This document shows positions 9,501-17,393 of a stretch of DNA of 33,052 nt, one piece after another (within the stretch, counting starts at the first letter, position 1; every line of letters starts with the position of its first letter). The notes beneath the pieces were generated by a model. It was not told where the DNA came from, did no database searches, and saw only the letters and a program-made list of their open reading frames with translations. This DNA is from Candidatus Aenigmatarchaeota archaeon (GTDB taxonomy: Archaea; Aenigmatarchaeota; Aenigmatarchaeia; CG10238-14). The DNA lies in NCBI GenBank assembly GCA_014728985.1, contig WJKS01000082.1, forward strand, positions 1-33,052. The letters run 5' to 3'. The position numbers and the translations under genes are program-made.

Positions 9501-10982
9501 TTATTCTAATCCCCTTAAAGCAGCTTCCAGAAAGACCCTAAGATCCTTTATGTGAATTCTAATTTGTTTGGTAGAATCTCTGTTTCTGATAGTTACAGTA
9601 TCATCTTTCAAGGTATCATAGTCTATTGTAATTGCAAATGGGGTTCCTATCTCATCTGCACGGGCATATCTCTTACCAATAGAACCCGATTCATCGTAAA
9701 ATACGTCAAATCCCTCCTTTTTAAGGTCTTCTATCACATCCTGTGCCTTTTCTGGTAATCCGTCTTTTCTGACCAAAGGAAATACTCCTGCTAAATAAGG
9801 AGCTATCTTAGCTGGAAATTTAAACCAATCCCATCCTCTTTCTTTGTCTTCAACGTAATTATGAAGTAATATTCCCGCAACGGTTCTTTCAATACCAAAA
9901 GAGGGTTCAACTACATGTGGTAGAACCTTCCCCTTTTCTGTTTGCACGTCTAATTTAACGTTCGCATGCTTCATGTGACTTTTAAGGTCGTGGTCTGTTC
10001 TATAAGCGTTACCTACGGTTTCTTTCCATCCAAAATCAAATTTTATCTCCAGATCAAAATTACCCTCAGAATAATGTGGTGTCTCTTCTGGTAACATATG
10101 CCTGAATCTCAAAGCATCTTCCGGAATACCTAAGGATTTGTAAAATTCGAATTCTTTCGCTAAAAAGTATCCTATCCAGGGATCAGGTAGTATTCCTTTT
10201 TCAAATGCCTCTCCCACAGTTATTTTAATCATTTTACCCTTTTTCTGCTGGGCTTCTTGTGTTACTAGATTAATTTGAATGTCTTTTACTTCATCAAAAC
10301 GTTCACAGGATTTTTCTCGCGGGTCAATAAACATCTCTATCTCCATTTGACTAAATTCTCTTAGTCTCACGATAAAGTTCCTGGGAGATATCTCATTTCT
10401 GAATGAGTGCCCTACTTGAGCTATACCCATAGGTAGTTTAGATCGGGTTGTTCTGTAAACCCTGTTAAACGCAGTAAAGATGTTTTGGGCAGTTTCAGGT
10501 CTTAAATAACCTGTTTGGCCCCCAGTAGGTGAAATATCAGTTTTAAGCATTAGATTGAATACTCTAACATCCATTAGCCCCCCTTTACAGGATGGGCATT
10601 TTATCTTCTCCTTTTCAATTATTTTTGTCAGTTCCTTTGGTGTTTTTCCTTCAACGAATTTACCTGTCTTATCTTCAATCAGATGATCTGCACGATGAAT
10701 ACTTTTACATTTCTTACACTGTGCGATTGGATCTACAAATGATTCGAGATGTCCGGAAGCCTCGAGGACCTTTTCTGGAAGAACTGTAGAACCGTCAATT
10801 TCGAATATATTGCTGTGGCTTTTAACGAATTCTTCTCTCCAACTTTTTATTAATTTTTGTTTAAGAATGGTTCCAATCGGTCCATAATCAAAGAAACCTG
10901 AAACGCCTGAATAGATTTCAGCTGTTGGAAATATTATCCCTCTGGTTAGGCATACAGTTTGAACATCTTTTAATGTTGACAT
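9501..10982 (-). CDS. glyS: Glycine--tRNA ligase (archaeal/eukaryal alpha2 type)
   Basis: FFDYGPIG, YLRPETAQ, FRNEISPR, REFSQMEIE, VEPSFGIER, GSIGKRYARADEIGTP. Confidence 0.97.
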   Translation of the reverse strand: MSTLKDVQTVCLTRGIIFPTAEIYSGVSGFFDYGPIGTILKQKLIKSWREEFVKSHSNIFEIDGSTVLPEKVLEASGHLESFVDPIAQCKKCKSIHRADHLIEDKTGKFVEGKTPKELTKIIEKEKIKCPSCKGGLMDVRVFNLMLKTDISPTGGQTGYLRPETAQNIFTAFNRVYRTTRSKLPMGIAQVGHSFRNEISPRNFIVRLREFSQMEIEMFIDPREKSCERFDEVKDIQINLVTQEAQQKKGKMIKITVGEAFEKGILPDPWIGYFLAKEFEFYKSLGIPEDALRFRHMLPEETPHYSEGNFDLEIKFDFGWKETVGNAYRTDHDLKSHMKHANVKLDVQTEKGKVLPHVVEPSFGIERTVAGILLHNYVEDKERGWDWFKFPAKIAPYLAGVFPLVRKDGLPEKAQDVIEDLKKEGFDVFYDESGSIGKRYARADEIGTPFAITIDYDTLKDDTVTIRNRDSTKQIRIHIKDLRVFLEAALRGLE

Positions 10983-11059
10983 TGATCTCACACTCCTACA
11001 AATATTTAGGATATATTCTTTTATAGTCTTTGAGAATTAAAAAAGAGCTTTATAATAAA

Positions 11060-11242
11060 TTACCCATGAACCTTAATTATCTTAGCCTTAATTTCGGACA
11101 TTCCGCCTGTAGGTTCAGCGAGGACATTATCACAAACTACACATTTTATTGTCTTAGAGGATTTATTAAAAATTATCTGTTCATTTTTACATTTAGAGCA
11201 GACTACTTCCAAAAATTTGCTTGTTGGTTGTTCTGATATCAT
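11060..11242 (-). CDS. rps27e: 30S ribosomal protein S27e
   Basis: PTSKFLEVVCSKCKNEQIIF, CVVC, PTGG. GGTGA SD upstream of ATG 11242. Confidence 0.95.
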   Translation of the reverse strand: MISEQPTSKFLEVVCSKCKNEQIIFNKSSKTIKCVVCDNVLAEPTGGMSEIKAKIIKVHG

Positions 11243-11253
11243 AAATTTCACCC

Positions 11254-11535
11254 TTATTTTTTAACTAATCTGAATTTTTTATTCCTAAATCCTTTACCTT
11301 TTGTATGTTTTTTACCACATACATCACATTTATACCTTAAATCAGTTCTCTTAACACTTTTTTCGTGACTTGGTTTAGGTCTGGGAAAACTTCCATAACC
11401 TTTTAATTTTCTTAAATATCTTCTCTGACCCTGTGCCATCTTTCTTCTGGGTTTTTTCTTTACTGGTTCTACCTTATGTTCTGTATGTTTTCTACAAAAT
11501 GGGCAGAAAACCCTTTGATTCTTTGGAACTTCCAT
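11254..11535 (-). CDS. rpl44e: 50S ribosomal protein L44e
   Basis: [33 protein letters not shown]. Confidence 0.96.
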   Translation of the reverse strand: MEVPKNQRVFCPFCRKHTEHKVEPVKKKPRRKMAQGQRRYLRKLKGYGSFPRPKPSHEKSVKRTDLRYKCDVCGKKHTKGKGFRNKKFRLVKK

Positions 11536-12090
11536 TTATTTCACCTTTTCAGCATTTCCTGATTTTATCATTAATTTTGCATTTTCAGAAGGTATTTTAG
11601 CCTCCTGTTCTGGTTCGAACGGGCCATATTTTCTCATATCAGATCCGACAAACTCAGGTATATCTTGTGTAAATTTAACCTTTTTAAACTTTACTTTTTC
11701 CTTACTCCCTTTACTTTTTTTCGTTAACATATTTAAAGTATTTTCCCTTTGGTATTTCAAAAGTTCAGTTAACTGGTCAAAGAATTTTTTTTCAATTTTA
11801 CTCAGATTTTGAGGCGGAACCCCGGTTCTAACCGAGAAAACAGCCTTTTCTAGTATTTTAGTTTCTCTCCTGTTGTAAATATCTTGAAGAACTCCCTGTA
11901 CATTTGAAAGCTCTCTCTGAGTAGAATTATCGCCTTTTTTCTTTGCAAGTTTCATTTTTCTTTCGAGATATTCTCTTGCCTTTTTATAGAAATCATCCGG
12001 AATCTGGGTCAATTTAGCTTCATATTTTTCTTTTCTTTGAATTTTTCTTATGTATTCAAAGGTTATGGCTTCTTCCTTTTCCGCGGGCAT
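11536..12090 (-). CDS. GINS complex subunit (Gins51/Gins15-type)
   Basis: LTQIPDDFY, IYNRRETKI helical A domain and C-terminal B domain (DIPEFVGSDMRKYGPF). Sits at the conserved primase-GINS-L44e-S27e position. Confidence 0.88.
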   Translation of the reverse strand: MPAEKEEAITFEYIRKIQRKEKYEAKLTQIPDDFYKKAREYLERKMKLAKKKGDNSTQRELSNVQGVLQDIYNRRETKILEKAVFSVRTGVPPQNLSKIEKKFFDQLTELLKYQRENTLNMLTKKSKGSKEKVKFKKVKFTQDIPEFVGSDMRKYGPFEPEQEAKIPSENAKLMIKSGNAEKVK

Positions 12091-12202
12091 ACTATAGAAT
12101 TAGTATTGAATATTGAAATAGGTGATCAATTCTTTCACAGAGTTCTCAGAGAGCAAAGAATTAAATATTTTTACCTTTAATTATCAACTGATTTAATGAT
12201 TT

Positions 12203-12421
12203 ATAGTAAATACAGATGGGGGTATATTAAGTTTCTCAGTTAGGCATCCCGAATATCCTCAAGTAGACGCAGAAATTGGATTTGATTCTAGGGGAGCTAA
12301 TGTGAGAAGTTCTGGTGATGCTAGTTACGTGAAAACAGATACGGGGTTAGATATACTCCTTGCGGGAAATTTTAGAGTTATATATAGTTATGGAGGAAAT
12401 AGACCTATTCCACAAAGATAA
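12203..12421 (+). CDS. Unannotated 72-codon ORF lacking a canonical start (ATA start, or frameshifted pseudogene)
   Basis: Open frame IVNTDGGILSFSVRHPEYPQVDAEIGFDSRGANVRSSGDASYVKTDTGLDILLAGNFRVIYSYGGNRPIPQR* fills the gap and ends 8 nt from the primase stop. An ATG at 12196 is one base out of frame. Confidence 0.45.
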   Translation: MVNTDGGILSFSVRHPEYPQVDAEIGFDSRGANVRSSGDASYVKTDTGLDILLAGNFRVIYSYGGNRPIPQR

Positions 12422-12429
12422 GAACTTCC

Positions 12430-13728
12430 CTAATTATCGACTAAGTTTTTTTTATTCTGTTTATTCTTCAGTTTCCTAAAAACATAATTGACTGGGTTTT
12501 TTAATCCCTCACAACAATCATCCTTCACATTCCCAAGTACGGATTTGTAATAATTATCTCTGTCACAGTTAGGGGGTAGTAGATTTCTTGGTTGTCTTTT
12601 ATGCCATCTCAGTTGCGTACCAATATATCTCTTGGATAATGGTCTCTTGTTTTTTTGATTCCATTGCTCAAGTTCCTTTTCAATTTCCTCCCACGACCAT
12701 CCCATATTTTTGAGAAAAGTTATCAAAACAAAAACAGCCCTCTTTCTCCCATCAGATAGCCCCTGGAGCAGTTGATGGATACATGGAGGAAAATATTTCT
12801 TTGGAACTCTCTTTAATTTTCTTCTGGGTCCTTTATACTCAACTTTTTCTTGTTGTGTGCTATACTTTTCAGACCAATCTAATGCCTCAGTGATTAAACC
12901 CGTCGCTTCTGCTAGAACGGGCTCTTCTAATAGAAAATTATTTTCTACTTTGACTCTAAAAGGTTCTGCGTCTTTTTTCTGAAAACCATCTAATTCTTTC
13001 AAACTCAGGGGAAAACTAACTAAAAGAGATTTTTCGTGAAGACTATATGGTAAACGGAACATATGACGGGAAGAAGCCACCATACTGTCCACTTCCACCA
13101 GCTTCAGAGGGTTTATACCTTCTTCATCTATACATTCCTGAATGGTTTTATCCACCCTTTCCACCAACTTCAATGGGTTATCAAGTTCAAGAAACCTCTC
13201 TCTGAGTGTTTTTTTAATATAGCTTTTCAAATATTCTATTATTGCTTTGGCAGCTTCCGGGTATAGATTTTCAATCTTTTTATCATCAATTTTCCCTGGG
13301 AACGATTCAAAAGGAACCCCTATATGAAATCCTTTACCACCAGTATACTTGATTGAATAACTCTTTAATCCGTGGTCTTCCAATCCCTCACAAATAGTTT
13401 TAACGGTTATTTTTGAAAGTTCAAAGTCTGGGCAATCAGGATCAAGTATTAAGTCCCATCCTATTCTGAGATCGCTCATTTCTTTTATAGGCATTCCTGA
13501 TTCAAGTCTCATGGGGCTAGACCATCTTTCAACTGATCCGTGAAAACTTACTACTCCTTTCTTGACCATTTCAATTATATCATTTGGATAATTGAGAACG
13601 TTAGGTCTTTTGTCAAAATTACCATTATCATAAACTCCTACTATTTCCCTATTTTTGGCTATCTCTAATAAAACATTTTGAACACTCTTTTGGGAGTAAT
13701 ATTTCCAGACTTTCAAGGAGTTGCTCAT
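12430..13728 (-). CDS. priS: DNA primase, fused PriS catalytic domain plus PriL C-terminal (Fe-S) domain
   Basis: PriS motifs WDLILDPD, YTGGKGFH, FRLPYSLH, followed by PriL-CTD motifs FPPCI, DGRKR, PPNC, KNPV. Confidence 0.92.
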   Translation of the reverse strand: MSNSLKVWKYYSQKSVQNVLLEIAKNREIVGVYDNGNFDKRPNVLNYPNDIIEMVKKGVVSFHGSVERWSSPMRLESGMPIKEMSDLRIGWDLILDPDCPDFELSKITVKTICEGLEDHGLKSYSIKYTGGKGFHIGVPFESFPGKIDDKKIENLYPEAAKAIIEYLKSYIKKTLRERFLELDNPLKLVERVDKTIQECIDEEGINPLKLVEVDSMVASSRHMFRLPYSLHEKSLLVSFPLSLKELDGFQKKDAEPFRVKVENNFLLEEPVLAEATGLITEALDWSEKYSTQQEKVEYKGPRRKLKRVPKKYFPPCIHQLLQGLSDGRKRAVFVLITFLKNMGWSWEEIEKELEQWNQKNKRPLSKRYIGTQLRWHKRQPRNLLPPNCDRDNYYKSVLGNVKDDCCEGLKNPVNYVFRKLKNKQNKKNLVDN

Positions 13729-13780
13729 GAATTGTTATTGGAGATTAAGGAATAAATTGGTTAAGTAAAATCCGTGAAAT

Positions 13781-14434
13781 TTAGTCTGATTTCTTTGAAA
13801 AATAAAACCAAAAAAATAACCTACCTAGAATGTATCCCATTAAATGAGCAGCTATAGAATACACAAAACCGTAATTAAAATTCAAAATCAAGAAGGAAAA
13901 AACAAAAGAACCAATAAAAGCTGCTGTAACATGGAATAAAGCTATTCTTCCTGCTATCAATAGAAGAGGTACGTGAATTAATGCAAAGGTAACTGAAAAT
14001 AATATAATTACTCTTCCATAAGATAACCCACTACTGACTAGCATTTGGAGTAAAACCATTATTGTTATCTGTTGTAAGATTATATCAAAAAACTTGGTAA
14101 TAATAAATCTATGATTAAAATCCAGAAAATATGTACTTTTATGTCTTTTTAACATCTTCTCGGGAATGGGGAATTTCTTTTTAAATAACTTTGGTGAGGG
14201 CAAGAGGATTAAACCCATGTATAATAAGCTTATGAAGGGATTTAATGTGAAATTTTGAAAATAATGATTTAATGAGTCTTTATATATGAAAAAAACCGCG
14301 ACTGAAAGTATGAGGTAATATACAGAGAGAAGGTAAAATTTGTTATGATAATCAATTCCCTTCTTTTGGAGTAATGTACCACCTAAGGCAAATATACCGA
14401 AAATAGCGAGTACTCCTAATATCCCAATTAACAT
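13781..14434 (-). CDS. Multi-pass membrane protein, divergent CPBP/Abi intramembrane protease-like
   Basis: Several TM segments, FALIH and AAH motifs; the EExxxR motif appears replaced by DIILQQ. Confidence 0.55.
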   Translation of the reverse strand: MLIGILGVLAIFGIFALGGTLLQKKGIDYHNKFYLLSVYYLILSVAVFFIYKDSLNHYFQNFTLNPFISLLYMGLILLPSPKLFKKKFPIPEKMLKRHKSTYFLDFNHRFIITKFFDIILQQITIMVLLQMLVSSGLSYGRVIILFSVTFALIHVPLLLIAGRIALFHVTAAFIGSFVFSFLILNFNYGFVYSIAAHLMGYILGRLFFWFYFSKKSD

Positions 14435-14538
14435 TGTCTCAGGATAGAATTAGTTTTTCCAGATAAAATAATTTTTATGTAAAATGGAGTTAGGTTCGAA
14501 AAAAAAGTTAAGACCAAGGAAAATATTTTACAAACCAA

Positions 14539-14814
14539 TTAACCCGTAACTTTTCTTACTATATAATCTTCTTCAAATATCTGGGGACCATGTACATATG
14601 GTACATTAACTAAATACAGTGGAATATGAGTCAGAACTGATGGATGGGCTTCTAATACTTGGAATTCCCTTCCATGTCCTTTTGTAGCAAGCATATCCAC
14701 AAAAGCTCCGGTCATTTCAACTCTATCTCCTGGACTATAATTGAATGGGACCGGTTCATCGCCTACACATGTACTTGGACCTTGATAACCACAAATTCTG
14801 CATGTTCTTTTCAT
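14539..14814 (-). CDS. Small orphan protein, CxxC N-terminus plus possible SH3-like barrel
   Basis: CRIC...C, then YSPGDRVEM, FQVLE, LYLVNV, FEEDYI. AT-rich TATA-like element about 25 nt upstream of the ATG. Confidence 0.6.
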   Translation of the reverse strand: MKRTCRICGYQGPSTCVGDEPVPFNYSPGDRVEMTGAFVDMLATKGHGREFQVLEAHPSVLTHIPLYLVNVPYVHGPQIFEEDYIVRKVTG

Positions 14815-14923
14815 GAGATAATATTTTGAAAATGAATTTTAATAGATTATTCGAGTAATATGTTGTTATAAAATAGTAGTCACGATATGGAAAAGATTAA
14901 TACTTTATTGACTTTTTAATTGT

Positions 14924-15349
14924 ATGATTTATAGGAAATGGGGTTCTATATTGAGATATGAAGGAGATTTGGGAAAATTAAGGTCAATAGAACCCCAAGT
15001 GATTGGTATAGAAACAAGAGGAGTACCATGTGCTGGAAATTTAATGGTATTCCTACCTTCAAGTGGAAGATTTTTAGGTTGTGATCCCCATAATGATGAA
15101 CCAGTCTTTCAGGAGGGATATGACCCAGAAGCACCCACTATTTTATGTGATCATACTGTAGTTACAGGGAGAACATTTTCAAGAGTTTTAAATCAGCATT
15201 TAAAGAATGGAGGAGACCCTGAAAATACTTTTCTATGTGTAGGTATACCCGGACTTCTCTACCTTGGTTCCACTCCATGTGTTGTTGATTTATTTTTCAG
15301 ATCTGCTGAAGATGAATATAAAGAAGGAATTATGAGTCATTATTGTTAA
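14924..15349 (+). CDS. Divergent type I phosphoribosyltransferase-like protein
   Basis: VIGIETRGVPCA resembles the PRTase PPi loop (GIEARG) and ILCDHTVVTGRT resembles the PRPP loop (VDDVxxTGxT). Confidence 0.55.
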   Translation: MIYRKWGSILRYEGDLGKLRSIEPQVIGIETRGVPCAGNLMVFLPSSGRFLGCDPHNDEPVFQEGYDPEAPTILCDHTVVTGRTFSRVLNQHLKNGGDPENTFLCVGIPGLLYLGSTPCVVDLFFRSAEDEYKEGIMSHYC

Positions 15350-15468
15350 ATTCATTTTTCATTGTCATTAATCTTTGATTATCTTCCCCTATTGATTTAT
15401 GAAAAAATCCCAGTCAAACTTAAATTCTTAAACATTAAACCCTAATAAATGAAAGATAAGGTGAATTA

Positions 15469-15732
15469 ATGGGAAATGTAAGAACAAGCCATATAAAAAT
15501 ACTCTCGGAAAGGTTAATAGAACTACATCCAGATAAATTTTCCGAAGATTATGATAAAAATAAAGAAAATCTGGATGGTTTAATGACCTTTGATTCAAAA
15601 ACTATTCGAAATAAAGTGGCCGGTTATATTACACATAGCGTTGATAAACTGAAAAAACTTGATTCTCTTAAAGTAACTTACCAAAATCCTGAACCAGATA
15701 AAAAGAAAAAGAAAAAACGTAAAAGGAGTTAA
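15469..15732 (+). CDS. rps17e: 30S ribosomal protein S17e
   Basis: MGNVRT, FSEDYDKNK, SKTIRNKVAGYIT. GGTGA SD. Confidence 0.96.
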   Translation: MGNVRTSHIKILSERLIELHPDKFSEDYDKNKENLDGLMTFDSKTIRNKVAGYITHSVDKLKKLDSLKVTYQNPEPDKKKKKKRKRS

Positions 15733-16505
15733 ATAAACTCGTAACTTACACTAACAGTTGCACTTACCTCTATCATTCCTGGACTAATTTCGGTTGTTAT
15801 ATCCTTTGCTTCTCCTGATACTGCAGCTTCCATTGTATAACTTCTGTATACAGGTTGATAATAACTGGATTCACTTGCTCTCAAAACTCCATCTAATTTA
15901 ACTCCTAATCCATCAGCAATTGAATTTGCTTTACTTTCTGCGTTCTTTGACGCTTCTTTTAATGCTTCAGTCCTGTATTCAGATTGTTTTTCATCTGTGA
16001 GCCCAAAACTGACTCCTTGGAACCTATTAGCACCTGCCGAAGCTGCCGCATCAATTACTTTACCCACATTTTCAAGGTCGGTAGTTTTAACCTTTATCAT
16101 TTGAGTGGTCTTGTAGGAGATAACTTCATAATAGTTTTCTTCACTTCTCCAGTTTCTTATCGGTTGAACACTGTATTGATATGTTTTAATATCGTCTTTA
16201 TTGATTCCATTTGCTCTTAGAGCAGACATAACATTTTCCATTATCTCTGCGTTTGTTTGCTGTGATTCCAATGCTGTATCTTCTTGGGTTTCAACTCCAA
16301 GGATTATTTCTGCTTTATTTGGATCTACTGAAAGGATTGACTGTCCTGTTACTTGTATACTATTTTCAGGTTCAGAAGTACCAGTATTACCAGTTATCTT
16401 TCCTTCTAAGTTCACGTTGACTGGTTTCAATACAACTAGACCTGCCATCCCTATTAACCCTAATACCAATAGCACAACTATTAGATTTTCAGCCTTTAGT
16501 TTCAT
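15729..16505 (-). CDS. SIMPL (DUF541/YggE/BP26) domain protein, membrane-anchored
   Basis: N-terminal TM, then IQVTGQS, VDPNKAEIILGV, AGANRFQGVSF, AESKA, ISPGMIEVSATVSVSY. Confidence 0.92.
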   Translation of the reverse strand: MKLKAENLIVVLLVLGLIGMAGLVVLKPVNVNLEGKITGNTGTSEPENSIQVTGQSILSVDPNKAEIILGVETQEDTALESQQTNAEIMENVMSALRANGINKDDIKTYQYSVQPIRNWRSEENYYEVISYKTTQMIKVKTTDLENVGKVIDAAASAGANRFQGVSFGLTDEKQSEYRTEALKEASKNAESKANSIADGLGVKLDGVLRASESSYYQPVYRSYTMEAAVSGEAKDITTEISPGMIEVSATVSVSYEFI

Positions 16506-16598
16506 TTTTATCACTAAGAATGATTTGGATGAGTAAGTTTAAAAGATACTAGGTTTTTGTAAGGTAGTAACCGAACTTCCTTATTCATTAAAAGTAGA

Positions 16599-16895
16599 TT
16601 AGTATATTATACGTTTATTATCCCTTATTACAATGACACCTTTTTTTGTCAATGGTTCAGTGTACTCATCGATGCACGCGCCTGGTTCGCCATAACATCC
16701 TTCCATAATGACGGTATCACCGGGATTGAACATTGAAGCGACTACTTCTGGAGGAACGGTAGAGTATACTAAAACTCCTCCTTTCTGTGAAATGTATCTT
16801 AACACCCTCTGATATCTACTAGGGTCTCCACCACGGTTTCCCTTCATATCCTCCTCTAGGATATCTGGATGTATTATTAAACGTGTTTTTACCAT
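16599..16895 (-). CDS. Small orphan protein, possibly a miniaturised isochorismatase-like fold
   Basis: 98 aa with LIIHPD, TVIMEGCYGEPGACI and LTKKGVIVIRD. TATA-like element about 25 nt upstream. Confidence 0.55.
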   Translation of the reverse strand: MVKTRLIIHPDILEEDMKGNRGGDPSRYQRVLRYISQKGGVLVYSTVPPEVVASMFNPGDTVIMEGCYGEPGACIDEYTEPLTKKGVIVIRDNKRIIY

Positions 16896-16936
16896 ACTTA
16901 TGATAAATTAGAACTGAATTTTTAATATGTAAATGA

Positions 16937-16944
16937 TTTATAAA
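16937..16944 (+). promoter_or_regulatory. Archaeal TATA box for the structured RNA
   Basis: TTTATAAA preceded by purine-rich GTAAATGA, centred about 26 nt upstream of G16967. Confidence 0.65.
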
Positions 16945-16965
16945 CTTCTAAGAGTGTTCTTTATT

Positions 16966-17037
16966 TGGGTCACGATGAAGAGACCATCCCAGACTGACCG
17001 AAAGGGAGGAAGACGGAGGTAGCTCTTGAGTGACCCA
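16966..17037 (+). ncRNA. Structured small RNA, box C/D-like (K-turn) sRNA candidate
   Basis: GC-rich island with an 8-bp terminal stem TGGGTCAC/GTGACCCA, C-like ACGATGA (16972-78), D' CTGA (16994-97), CC-GAAA-GG hairpin, C'-like GGAGGA and D-like TTGA (17026-29). Confidence 0.7.
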
Positions 17038-17102
17038 CTTTATCACTTAAAAGTAACCAAAAAAAGAAAGATTTAAATAGTTGAAATATATTTATCCTGA
17101 AT

Positions 17103-17393
17103 ATGAGTACCCTTGAAGCAAACGGTAAAAGAATCGTTTGGGGAATATATGGATTTCCACCAAGACCACATATGGTATTAAAAGTTGGTGAGAGTCCAGA
17201 TTCATATGGGACCGTTAGTTTATTTTATGGTGATGAGGAAGTTCCTATAGATTGTTTCCACTGCCGTGATACTGGAAATGAAACCCATCAGGTTGATCAC
17301 GTAGGAACTGATACATTTTCTATTAGAACAAGATTTTGGTTACCTAGGGTGGCTGTTAGAGCAGGAAGATATAGTGCTCAATATGAACTTTAA
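17103..17393 (+). CDS. Small orphan protein (beta-rich, CFHC)
   Basis: 96 aa; AAAG-ATTTAAATA promoter-like element about 25 nt upstream; stop overlaps the porA stop. Confidence 0.6.
   Translation: MSTLEANGKRIVWGIYGFPPRPHMVLKVGESPDSYGTVSLFYGDEEVPIDCFHCRDTGNETHQVDHVGTDTFSIRTRFWLPRVAVRAGRYSAQYEL

Noticed and set aside
14879-14886. GTCACGAT shared with 16969-16976
   Set aside because: Only 8 bp with no extended similarity; compatible with chance.
16966-17037. SRP RNA, RNase P RNA, hammerhead or riboswitch identity for the structured RNA
   Set aside because: It lacks the SRP CAGG/AGCA symmetric loop, is too short and has no P4 partner for RNase P, and has no complete CUGANGA/GAAA hammerhead core or recognisable aptamer consensus.
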